NCBI GenBank assembly: GCA_045660945.1
Contig: JAZRET010000067.1
Coordinates: 1 to 52,055 of the forward strand
Direction: 5' to 3'
DNA: 52,055 bases
DNA from: Congzhengia sp.
GTDB taxonomy: Bacteria > Bacillota > Clostridia > UBA1381 > UBA9506
The translations under genes were made by a program, and so were the position numbers. The notes under the pieces were generated by a model. It saw nothing but the letters and a program-made list of their open reading frames with translations. It had not been told where the DNA came from and ran no database searches. This document shows positions 44,421 to 52,055 of the stretch, piece after piece (position 1 is the first letter of the stretch; every line of letters begins with the position of its first letter).

Positions 44421-46001
44421 TTACTTTCCTCCAAAGCCAGGCTTAAAGACTTGCTTCGCCATAGGATCAGCAACGAACTTATCCTTGTACGAAACTTCAA
44501 TACCCAGCAGGTTGTGTTTATTTACGGCTTCTTGCCATTCTTTGTTGGTAATGCGGCCCCATATGCTTGCTTCGTTCAAATTGGCTAACAGAAGGGTTTT
44601 TGTCTTTTCCCTTTCGTATTCCGATGTACGAATAAGCGGCGCCCATTCCATTTCAAAGTCCAGGGTTTTGCCCAGAACCTTTCTTCCAACAAACTCTAAT
44701 ATACGGATAATTGCATATTCGGCAGGAATACGAACTTCCGCTTCAACAGTATCAGCATAAGTCTCACGATCCGCTTCGCCCGAATTAAACCCAGCCGGTG
44801 ACATGCCATACAACTTGTTCATTGTAATTCTGGCATCCGCAGCCATATCAACACGGGAATCTGCTTTTAAATCTGCCAAACCGTTGAAATGTATTTGTTT
44901 CTGTTGGTACTGATCTTCCGAGTCCAGCAACAACGCTTTCATATAATTCTTTACCATTGAAGCATAACCTACGCGTTTTGTGATAGCGTCAGTAGCATCC
45001 GGATCTTGTAAAGCGTCATTTAACCCATAAAACGAGAAAACATCTATCTTTGATTCATCCAACAGTTCAAATATAACATTTTCGTTCTTTACACCCTTGT
45101 TCAGCGTGCGAACCAACGGTTCAAGTATAGACATACCCCAACCACGGCCAATAGCCCTGTACAGCGGTGGAAACTCTTTACCTTTGAAGGTAATAACACG
45201 AGATTTGTGTATTTGGTGCCCACGCAATGTAAATGGTGTATCAGAGTTCCAGTCAATAGGATCCATCTGCTTGCCATCAACTGCGCTAGTCATACCACTA
45301 ATTTCCCAGTTATCGGTTACATAAAACTCTAATGGTGTATCTTGGCTAACATCTTCTAATTTAAGTTCTGTTTTCGGATCCCTTCCGTCAAGAACAACAA
45401 TCGCGGAACCGCCATACAAACGATTCCAGAAAAGAGCCTGTTGAACTTTCCGCCATGTTTGGTCTCTACGAAGATAAATCTCCATACGGCGAATATCTTG
45501 CCCAGGGATTTCATCACGGAAGTATGAATCTTCAGCCTTCTTGTCTTTTTCGTCTTTAGCAACTTGTTCTTTTTCCCACTCTTCACGCTTCTTCATTTGC
45601 TCTATTTGAAAATCCAAACCAGCATCGCGTTGTGGCTGTTGCTTGCTATCATCAGCATTCCAGAACCTAAAGATGTGTTTTTTCTTCTTTTCCGGCAAAA
45701 TAACCTTGTTTTCGTACCCAGTAAACTTAATACCGCCCCTAAAGGCATCTAATACCGGTACTTCTATCAAAGATTGAATTAACCCAAACTGCTGGTAAAG
45801 GCATGTAAGAAGCCCGTAGTTAAGCGTTAAGTATTCGCCGCGTACTTGTAGCATCAAACTGCTAATTGCGTTTATAGCATTAGGGGAAAGCGAACCACGG
45901 CCCCTTTGGCCGCCAGGAACAATACCTGCCACCAATTGTGCCATTGAATTGTTCAACTTCGTTCCTTTAATACCAATATTTTTTGATTTTTTAGTCGCCA
46001 T
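44421..46001 (-). CDS. portal protein (DUF1073-like)
   Basis: RLYGGS, IH.SR..F.G, GWG.S.L, KL.G.SPAG.N.GE.D...Y motifs. Confidence 0.88.
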   Translation of the reverse strand: MATKKSKNIGIKGTKLNNSMAQLVAGIVPGGQRGRGSLSPNAINAISSLMLQVRGEYLTLNYGLLTCLYQQFGLIQSLIEVPVLDAFRGGIKFTGYENKVILPEKKKKHIFRFWNADDSKQQPQRDAGLDFQIEQMKKREEWEKEQVAKDEKDKKAEDSYFRDEIPGQDIRRMEIYLRRDQTWRKVQQALFWNRLYGGSAIVVLDGRDPKTELKLEDVSQDTPLEFYVTDNWEISGMTSAVDGKQMDPIDWNSDTPFTLRGHQIHKSRVITFKGKEFPPLYRAIGRGWGMSILEPLVRTLNKGVKNENVIFELLDESKIDVFSFYGLNDALQDPDATDAITKRVGYASMVKNYMKALLLDSEDQYQQKQIHFNGLADLKADSRVDMAADARITMNKLYGMSPAGFNSGEADRETYADTVEAEVRIPAEYAIIRILEFVGRKVLGKTLDFEMEWAPLIRTSEYEREKTKTLLLANLNEASIWGRITNKEWQEAVNKHNLLGIEVSYKDKFVADPMAKQVFKPGFGGK

Positions 46002-46023
46002 ATTCGCTCCTATGTACCTCGCT

Positions 46024-46068
46024 ATTATAATTATTTATTTGACAATCAGCAAGTTATTTGTCTAGAAT
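46024..46068. promoter_or_regulatory. overlapping divergent sigma70-type promoters
   Basis: Plus: TTGACA(46039)-18-TAGAAT(46063); minus: TTGCTG(46052)-17-TATAAT(46029). Confidence 0.65.
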
Positions 46069-46093
46069 CAAGTAACCAAGCAAGGAGAGTGCT

Positions 46094-46423
46094 ATGGAAA
46101 TATCCGGGCCAGGTCATGTTCTGGTCAGAAATGGGCTTCCATTTAATAAGTACGAAGTTGTGGAAAGGCTACGCACGCCGAAGGGTACGCTAGCCACTTT
46201 TTATTTCTTCGATAAGTATAAAGACGCAGAAGTGTATTACCATTACCTGCTGCAAGTTCATGGCGTTGAAAGCATAGATAAGGCTATCGCTAATAAACGA
46301 ACCTACCTTTGGGAAAAAGAAGAGTTAAGGGAGTTTAAAGCATCATTAGATCTTACAGTGCTTGAAAAGGCCGTGGCAAAACTTAAATTTGAAAAAGACG
46401 AACAATTTTACCCAGCAAAATAG
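46094..46423 (+). CDS. hypothetical protein
   Basis: AAGGAG RBS and its own promoter. Confidence 0.7.
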   Translation: MEISGPGHVLVRNGLPFNKYEVVERLRTPKGTLATFYFFDKYKDAEVYYHYLLQVHGVESIDKAIANKRTYLWEKEELREFKASLDLTVLEKAVAKLKFEKDEQFYPAK

Positions 46424-46432
46424 GAGCATATT

Positions 46433-46690
46433 ATGGACGTTAAAGAATTGTGCGCGAAAAACATCGCGGAAGAAGCAAAGGCTATCGAAAACTATTACCC
46501 GCTAATCGAAGCCCTCGAATTGGAAAAAGATTACGAAGGTATCGAAATAATCAAGGAAATTATATCAGACGAAAAAAACCACTTGAACCTTTTACAGGGA
46601 CTCATGCTGGAACACGATAAAATTAAAATCGCCGGCGATGATATGGCTTCCACTTTGGACTTCTTGAAAAAGAATACCACTAAAGCCTAA
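46433..46690 (+). CDS. ferritin-like/rubrerythrin-like helical protein
   Basis: EE.KAI..Y...EI.SDEKNH di-metal carboxylate-type motif. Confidence 0.7.
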   Translation: MDVKELCAKNIAEEAKAIENYYPLIEALELEKDYEGIEIIKEIISDEKNHLNLLQGLMLEHDKIKIAGDDMASTLDFLKKNTTKA

Positions 46691-47109
46691 ATGTATTCGT
46701 TAAACTCTATGTCCGGATAACGCTGTACAAAGAGTTTCTTCTTTATAATATATTCCGGTTTCTTACGGGTTACCGCAGACTTTACATCTTCGGCGACCCA
46801 ATTACCCTTTTCACAGTCATAATAATAAAAGTCAGCAAACCAAGAACACTTCCTATACTTTATACCACGACATTCAAACGCATCTATTAAAATAAATTCC
46901 TTCTGCTTTTCTAAACCCTTTATTTTGTGTGCCGCCTGTAACCGTTCTAAAGCCGCCCCACGGCCCGCTTCTTTCCTTGAATCGTATGTTGTGCCATTAA
47001 CAGTAGTTTTAACCGCGTGGTACTTGTTTTTAGGCTGACAGCACTTGGGTTCCCCTTCTAGTGCCAGTTTACGGAATTGTTCTGCTGTTAAATGTAAGAA
47101 TTCGCCCAT
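46687..47109 (-). CDS. DUF1064 PD-(D/E)XK endonuclease
   Basis: NKY.A.KT...G..YDS.KEA, ADF.Y, EDVKS, Y.IKKKL. Confidence 0.85.
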   Translation of the reverse strand: MGEFLHLTAEQFRKLALEGEPKCCQPKNKYHAVKTTVNGTTYDSRKEAGRGAALERLQAAHKIKGLEKQKEFILIDAFECRGIKYRKCSWFADFYYYDCEKGNWVAEDVKSAVTRKKPEYIIKKKLFVQRYPDIEFNEYI

Positions 47110-47149
47110 GTTCTCTCCCAAAATATTTTTTTGTGTTGGTTTTTATATA

Positions 47150-47320
47150 TAGGGGCTTGTTGTCACTTACATCTTAAACACGGAATATAACCTGTTTATG
47201 TCTTCGGCTTTTCTTTAGGTTCTCCGGTAACCTACTACGGTCATTCGGTTTACGATTCACAAGTCACTTGTTTCTTCATATTCCGCGTTTAGCACCTACG
47301 TCAAGCCCAACAAGCCCTAG
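47150..47320 (-). ncRNA. long structured RNA / 5' leader
   Basis: Minus strand GGGCTTGTTG/CAACAAGCCC closing stem and TAAACGCGGAATAT/ATATTCCGTGTTTA inner stem; a G-U pair favours the minus strand. Confidence 0.55.
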
Positions 47321-47355
47321 AAAAAGAGTAGACAACCGGTGCCTTATCGAATACT

Positions 47356-47384
47356 AATATAATATTATTTTTTTCGGTTTTCAA
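47356..47384 (-). promoter_or_regulatory. sigma70-type promoter
   Basis: TTGAAA-17 nt-TATATT. Confidence 0.55.
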
Positions 47385-47475
47385 GTAAAAAATAACGCGG
47401 GGGCTTGTTGGTACCGCGTTATTTATAATAAATAGTCTACAACGATTTACAACAATTGTCAACACAATTTAATAA

Positions 47476-48894
47476 TTAAACGAAAATACTTCCCGTTTTT
47501 ATGTTAAAAGCAATCTCACATGCGTCACCTGTGTTATCGATGGTTTCGTCCTTCGGGTTCTTGTCAGCAGGATTGTAAGCCAAGAACTGCGCACGCATGT
47601 TCACATAGTTCGGATCCGCTTCCCTAAAATAAACCCTTCCTGCTTCCATCCAAGTCATAGCACTTTCAACACGGTTCATCTTGTTCTTCTTCGCACCACG
47701 CTGTAATGGCATAATCGCCATATCAGGGCATTCCCTGCGCATATCTTGTATAAAACCTATACCAGATAGCGTGTTTTCAACATAAACCCTGCGACATTGC
47801 TTAAAAGCCGCCCTACAGTGCCGGAAAAACTCAATACAGTACTTTTTAGCGTCCGGACTTTCCCATTTGCCCATTCTTGACCTTAAATGGTATAAATTGT
47901 GGTCTTTCGCTAGCCCCCAGCACACAAATAGCGTGTAATCGCCCCCATCTGCCGTAAAAGCGAAGTCGGTCGTTATAAATACCTTCTCAAACGCTTCTGG
48001 CTGCATTCTGTAGGTTCTAATCCATTCTTCGTGGAAGTATGCACCATAGTTCTCTACAGGTTCCTGCTGGTACATAGCGGCAAACATAAAAGGATTCTGC
48101 TTCTCTAGCCTTCTTAATTCTTCAATAGGGTAACGCTTCGGATAATAACTTTCCCCGTTCTCATCAATAGCAGGTACCTTAAACACTTCCCATTCTTCCG
48201 GTTCATGCTTCATTACCCACCCAGCAAAGTCATTCTTGTGATGCCGCTGCATAATACAGATAGTTGGTACCGTTGGCATTCTTCGTCTGGTCGCTAGTTT
48301 CCTTTGATACGTCTCCGGCGCTTCAATCTGCTCGTGAATACTCGTAACAACTTCCGGACTGTTTATATCATCTAATATCAGTGCACCAGTAAAATACCGA
48401 TCCGGACTACTCGGATTCCCAGCATCTAACCCCAATATAGCAGACGAAATCGTACCAGCCGTTAATCCACTTCTTACACCACCACTTATTAAATGATAGT
48501 TCAATACAGACTTGTCACCAGGATCCATCTCCTTGCCAAACAGGTCTTCCCATTCCGGCATCATCATTAAATTACGACTTTCCCTACTTAACTTCTTAAT
48601 AAGCCTTTCCCCATACGCAATATAACAAAACATGCAGTGCTTCGACCTAGCAAAACACCAAGTAATAAAATACTGTATCAATAGTGACTTCCCAAACCCA
48701 GGACTCACATTAACCATCAAGTTACGCTTCTCATTCATTCCTTCAGCATATTGCTGTAACTTGTCACATAAACGCGCATGCGAAGCAGTCATATCATATT
48801 CCGAGCCCTGCGCTATCTTATGTATCCACTTAACATATTCCTTGAAGTCTAATAATAACTTCTTCGCTAATTCAAATTTCTCTTGCCCTTCCAT
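47476..48894 (-). CDS. terL: terminase large subunit
   Basis: Walker A (PGFGKS), LILDD Walker B, MQR.H..D, YQQEP, D.A, DE..D nuclease motifs. Confidence 0.93.
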   Translation of the reverse strand: MEGQEKFELAKKLLLDFKEYVKWIHKIAQGSEYDMTASHARLCDKLQQYAEGMNEKRNLMVNVSPGFGKSLLIQYFITWCFARSKHCMFCYIAYGERLIKKLSRESRNLMMMPEWEDLFGKEMDPGDKSVLNYHLISGGVRSGLTAGTISSAILGLDAGNPSSPDRYFTGALILDDINSPEVVTSIHEQIEAPETYQRKLATRRRMPTVPTICIMQRHHKNDFAGWVMKHEPEEWEVFKVPAIDENGESYYPKRYPIEELRRLEKQNPFMFAAMYQQEPVENYGAYFHEEWIRTYRMQPEAFEKVFITTDFAFTADGGDYTLFVCWGLAKDHNLYHLRSRMGKWESPDAKKYCIEFFRHCRAAFKQCRRVYVENTLSGIGFIQDMRRECPDMAIMPLQRGAKKNKMNRVESAMTWMEAGRVYFREADPNYVNMRAQFLAYNPADKNPKDETIDNTGDACEIAFNIKTGSIFV

Positions 48895-49009
48895 AATTAA
48901 ACCTTATAATATATATCGTTTTCTATAGGGAGCCCAAACAGGCCCGTCTAGGCTGAAAGAATATCCTAGTATGGCGCGCCGAATGAAAACAAACGAACTG
49001 AATCATTTA

Positions 49010-49591
49010 TTAACCCCCCGCGCGTTCGGGCTCTTTCTCGTCCCTTATATCTATAACATCCCGTAAACCACCTACAGCACCACCCGTCTTGCTGCTACTC
49101 TGCACAACAGGTACCACCACCGTATTGGGCTTCCAGTTCATGTCCTTCTTCACAGCAGCCGCCGCTTTCGTTAACGCTAACAAGTTGTTCGAGATCAATA
49201 TCAAATCCTTCAATTCTAACGATTCTACATCCCGTACACCACGCTTCGCTAACTCCCGCGCTATCATGTTAATACACCCAGCAACTAACTCACTAGTAGC
49301 CATCCCGTCTTCATGCGTTACCAACTTCTCTAACAGCAGAACTTCAGTAGTATCAGACTCTTGCTTAGCCTTTAACGCCCTTTCTTCCCAACGCTCCCTT
49401 GACGCTACCGCTTGCCGCTTCCTACCTTCTTCAGTCCCTTGATACGCACGCCATACAGCCGTAGATCGCCTAAACCGCTCCCGATTAAACTCTACCTTGC
49501 TCTCAAAACTACTTTCATCCAATAAATAATTGTTCGCCCTAGACCAACCATTCCATTCAAAGTCGTCAGGTAACCCAGTCTTCTTGCTCAT
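49010..49591 (-). CDS. putative terminase small subunit
   Basis: Immediately upstream of terL; helical; start reassigned to MSKK at 49591. Confidence 0.5.
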   Translation of the reverse strand: MSKKTGLPDDFEWNGWSRANNYLLDESSFESKVEFNRERFRRSTAVWRAYQGTEEGRKRQAVASRERWEERALKAKQESDTTEVLLLEKLVTHEDGMATSELVAGCINMIARELAKRGVRDVESLELKDLILISNNLLALTKAAAAVKKDMNWKPNTVVVPVVQSSSKTGGAVGGLRDVIDIRDEKEPERAGG

Positions 49592-49880
49592 CTCTTGAAC
49601 ACCTTTATTCTTACATATATAACATCCTACATGTCTTTTACGCATTCGTCAACTAACCAACCCATACCCACCCCCCCCCATGGATGAGAAATTAGAATCG
49701 CCACCCACGCAAAAAGAATTCTTTTTTGGCGGAAATCCGCGGGTTTTAGCGTGTCGACCGAATCGCTAACGAAAAGTGAACTAGACGGTAACAATCGGTT
49801 TCGATTTGTATAATAATATATAATGTAGCAAGGCAAGGTTGCCAAGTTATAAAAGAAAAATAAAACAATAGGAGTCAAAT

Positions 49881-49970
49881 ATGATAAAAGAAGTGTTGTG
49901 TGAATTGCTAGTAGGTGGTGTATTGGGTATTATAATAGCGGGGTGTTTTATAGCGTCTTGTTATTTATAG
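49881..49970 (+). CDS. 29-aa hydrophobic peptide
   Basis: AGGAG RBS; MIKEVLCELLVGGVLGIIIAGCFIASCYL. Confidence 0.5.
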   Translation: MIKEVLCELLVGGVLGIIIAGCFIASCYL

Positions 49971-50184
49971 GTTGATTTGGTGATTTTAATAGGTAGAACC
50001 AAAGGAGTCGGTATGTAGTCGATGAAGGGTGGATATATATTAAAAAGTTTTTATCGGGTAGATTGACCTATTGTATCGGGTGTGGGGTGCAGAGTCGCGG
50101 TTGCGGGTAGCGTCTAGGTTGTTGCTATAAACGATGGATTCGTGGTGGATTCATCATAGATAGCAATAACCAAAGGAGACAAAT

Positions 50185-50616
50185 ATGCTATTGACTAGAG
50201 ACCAAATGAACTTGACTCACTTTTCGAGCCGTAAACGGTATATAAAGGACGAGTCTGGACAGGTAGTAGAAACGCGATATGACCGCTTGCTGATTGGCTT
50301 GCGTGTAGCAGGTAGGGATTGGCTTGCGAGTCACTACGACAACCAAGACGATATAGTGACTACATTTATGTTAGGTGATAAGAATATAGTATTCACTTAC
50401 CGCAAGGGTGACTCTGTGATGTATGTGAATCGCAAAGCAGGAGCACAAGCGATGGAATATGCGCACTACTGGGCGGATAAAAACTACTGCGAGATGGTAT
50501 TTGTGGATGATTTACCGACTGCGATTCATACGCGGACTGGCGGTGGCAAGAAAGTCGAGTCGATGGATGATTTAATTGAAAAATCGCTTGCGACTAGTGT
50601 TGACTGCGGATTGTAG
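50185..50616 (+). CDS. hypothetical early protein
   Basis: AAGGAGAC RBS. Confidence 0.7.
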   Translation: MLLTRDQMNLTHFSSRKRYIKDESGQVVETRYDRLLIGLRVAGRDWLASHYDNQDDIVTTFMLGDKNIVFTYRKGDSVMYVNRKAGAQAMEYAHYWADKNYCEMVFVDDLPTAIHTRTGGGKKVESMDDLIEKSLATSVDCGL

Positions 50617-50622
50617 AACTAC

Positions 50623-50652
50623 GGTCGACGGGCGGCGACCTATAACCGCCCG
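50623..50652 (+). ncRNA. H-type pseudoknot upstream of an RBS
   Basis: GGTCG-a-CGGGCGG-CGACC-tataa-CCGCCCG. Confidence 0.55.
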
Positions 50653-50681
50653 ACTTTATAGCAACGGAAGGAGACTAAACT

Positions 50682-50990
50682 ATGTTTGGCAAGGTGATTT
50701 GTGTGCCTCACACAAGGGGTGGATACCTAGATTTTTGGGGATTTATTAAAGACGACGGGCGACCATTGACTAACGGTGCGTTTAGGACGATTGTCCATAC
50801 GCGTCAAGAGACTTTTATGGACGACTTAAAAAAGATTTTGAGTCAACGCAAGCGTGATTTAATGACTGAATACTACAAGTCGATGAAGGCGACTGCGGCG
50901 CGGAGATGGTATGGTGCGACTAAGGCATTATACGATGCGATGCGTGACACTGAGATTGAATCAAAGATTGAACACACTACGGATTTATAA
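50682..50990 (+). CDS. hypothetical early protein
   Basis: AAGGAGACTAAAC RBS. Confidence 0.7.
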   Translation: MFGKVICVPHTRGGYLDFWGFIKDDGRPLTNGAFRTIVHTRQETFMDDLKKILSQRKRDLMTEYYKSMKATAARRWYGATKALYDAMRDTEIESKIEHTTDL

Positions 50991-51001
50991 AGGAGACTAC
51001 T

Positions 51002-51301
51002 ATGAGCAGAACTACGGCGATTAAAGCATACAACGGTAAAAGATTATTTAAGGATTATACGAGACGGTCAACTATGAAATACGACCCTGCTACTGTGACA
51101 TTTGAACAGGCGATTACGGACATTGACACAAGTTGGAACGAAAACGGACTACTGACGCGCCTTGATAGGGTGTTAGCATTAGCGAAAAAGGGCTACGATG
51201 AGAAGCGAGTTAAAGACCAACTTAAAGAGTGGATTACAGACTTTTGTCCTTGGAAAGATTTACAGCGTGAGTTATTGCGTGCGTATATACCGACAAAGTA
51301 A
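51002..51301 (+). CDS. hypothetical early protein
   Basis: AAGGAGACTAC RBS. Confidence 0.7.
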   Translation: MSRTTAIKAYNGKRLFKDYTRRSTMKYDPATVTFEQAITDIDTSWNENGLLTRLDRVLALAKKGYDEKRVKDQLKEWITDFCPWKDLQRELLRAYIPTK

Positions 51302-51329
51302 GACAACTATGGAAAGGAAGGAGACTAAA

Positions 51330-51422
51330 ATGTTGAAATTACTACAAGATTTAATTGACGAATACAAAGCAGACAGATTCATACGGAAAAGATTAAAGGC
51401 ATTACGACCAGTGATGAAATAG
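51330..51422 (+). CDS. small early peptide (30 aa)
   Basis: AAGGAGACTAAA RBS. Confidence 0.55.
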   Translation: MLKLLQDLIDEYKADRFIRKRLKALRPVMK

Positions 51423-51430
51423 AACGGATA

Positions 51431-51531
51431 TCGGATATTACGGTATCCGACATCGGTTTTACCGATGGACTCCTTGGTTGATGTGTTGCTACCGATGCCT
51501 GTTCCTATTGGGGCATCGGCAACGACATAAC
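51431..51531 (+). ncRNA. three-hairpin RNA with unpaired anti-SD GACTCCTT
   Basis: TCGGATAT-tacg-GTATCCGA, CATCGGT-ttt-ACCGATG, then GACTCCTT, then a long GGTT...AACC hairpin. Confidence 0.5.
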
Positions 51532-51567
51532 CCGCATAAAGGGGGGATAAAATGTAAAGGATGTAAA

Positions 51568-51660
51568 ATGAAATACATTTATAAATTGTTAGGGATACAC
51601 GGCTCTACTTATTATAGAGTGAACAAAAGATGGATTTTGATAAGCAACCCAGCAGCATAA
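51568..51660 (+). CDS. small early peptide (30 aa)
   Basis: AAGGA RBS before ATG 51568. Confidence 0.45.
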   Translation: MKYIYKLLGIHGSTYYRVNKRWILISNPAA

Positions 51661-51671
51661 AGGAGACTAAA

Positions 51672-51854
51672 ATGACTGTAAAACAACTGATTGATGCACT
51701 GAATAAAATATCGCCAAGTGCTACTGTTTATACAGAAGACGGCGAAGGTCACGACTACTGTGTAGTAAACGAAATTGATTTTTCGGCTAAGATTACGGAA
51801 CAGACAGAAACAACACGCGTTGTGTTGCGATGGAAATACGAAAAGGATGTATGA
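51672..51854 (+). CDS. hypothetical early protein
   Basis: AAGGAGACTAAA RBS; MTVKQLIDAL.K....A.V motif common in small phage proteins. Confidence 0.7.
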   Translation: MTVKQLIDALNKISPSATVYTEDGEGHDYCVVNEIDFSAKITEQTETTRVVLRWKYEKDV

Positions 51855-52021
51855 TGAAAGAAAAACTATTTAAGTTTAAGGTGAGCAGTATTCAATACGG
51901 CGAGTTGCTTCGTTACGAACTAGCCGCGATAAAATTCATTATTGGCGACTACGAAATTGTGAAGAAACGCAATTGCCCAATGGGATTCGATATGAAAATT
52001 TGGTGCAGAAAGAAAGACTAA
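51851..52021 (+). CDS. hypothetical early protein
   Basis: ATGA overlap, AAGGA RBS. Confidence 0.55.
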   Translation: MMKEKLFKFKVSSIQYGELLRYELAAIKFIIGDYEIVKKRNCPMGFDMKIWCRKKD

Positions 52022-52055
52022 GTCGGAGGCCAAGCGGTCTTAGGAAGACAACATG

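Noticed and set aside
23913-44760. Numerous + strand ORFs within the structural arm (e.g. 30393-31154)
   Set aside because: Antisense shadows of well-supported minus-strand genes, with no RBS or motifs
44421-46001. Anti-CBASS Acb1 label sometimes attached to DUF1073 proteins
   Set aside because: Size, motifs and position before the protease indicate a portal; no fused 2H phosphoesterase recognised
1-52055. Stop-codon reassignment
   Set aside because: Core genes are full length in the standard code; TAG and TGA terminate genes at sensible junctions; no suppressor tRNA
1-52055. Integrase/repressor lysogeny module or host flanks
   Set aside because: No recombinase or CI-like ORF recognised; all of the sequence looks phage-derived
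52041-52055. Terminal direct repeat proving circularity
   Set aside because: No overlap with the window start; circularity is only inferred from continuous gene orientation and the shared RBS motif

Overview
The window looks like a complete or near-complete, circularly permuted genome of a small contractile-tailed (myovirus-like) dsDNA phage, and I recognise no integrase or repressor. The + strand arm (about 49.9 kb, continuing through the window end to about 18.7 kb) carries early and middle genes. These include two amidoligases plus a class II glutamine amidotransferase, a probable origin, a tRNA cluster (Asn, Ile, Gly) with two homing-type endonucleases, a MazG-like pyrophosphohydrolase, a Dam-like methylase, Sak/YqaJ/SSB recombination genes and a GH24 lysozyme. 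The - strand arm (49.6 to 18.5 kb) carries terminase, portal, protease/scaffold, capsid, neck, sheath, tube, a -1 frameshifted tail chaperone, tape measure, baseplate, fibres, holin and a unimolecular-spanin-like lipoprotein. The host is probably Gram-negative, tentatively an alphaproteobacterium. The most striking feature is a dense non-coding RNA layer. It comprises (1) a type II hammerhead ribozyme whose stem III loop is complementary to the 9-nt AGGAGACTA ribosome-binding motif shared by nine early genes, and (2) a dispersed family of hairpins, mostly ending in CCA, whose loops read as antisense to SD-spacer-AUG translation starts. It also includes (3) two compact H-type pseudoknots upstream of RBSs, (4) tRNAs with non-canonical T/D loops, and (5) a long structured leader. 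All calls come from reading the sequence by eye; no database searches or folding programs were run.
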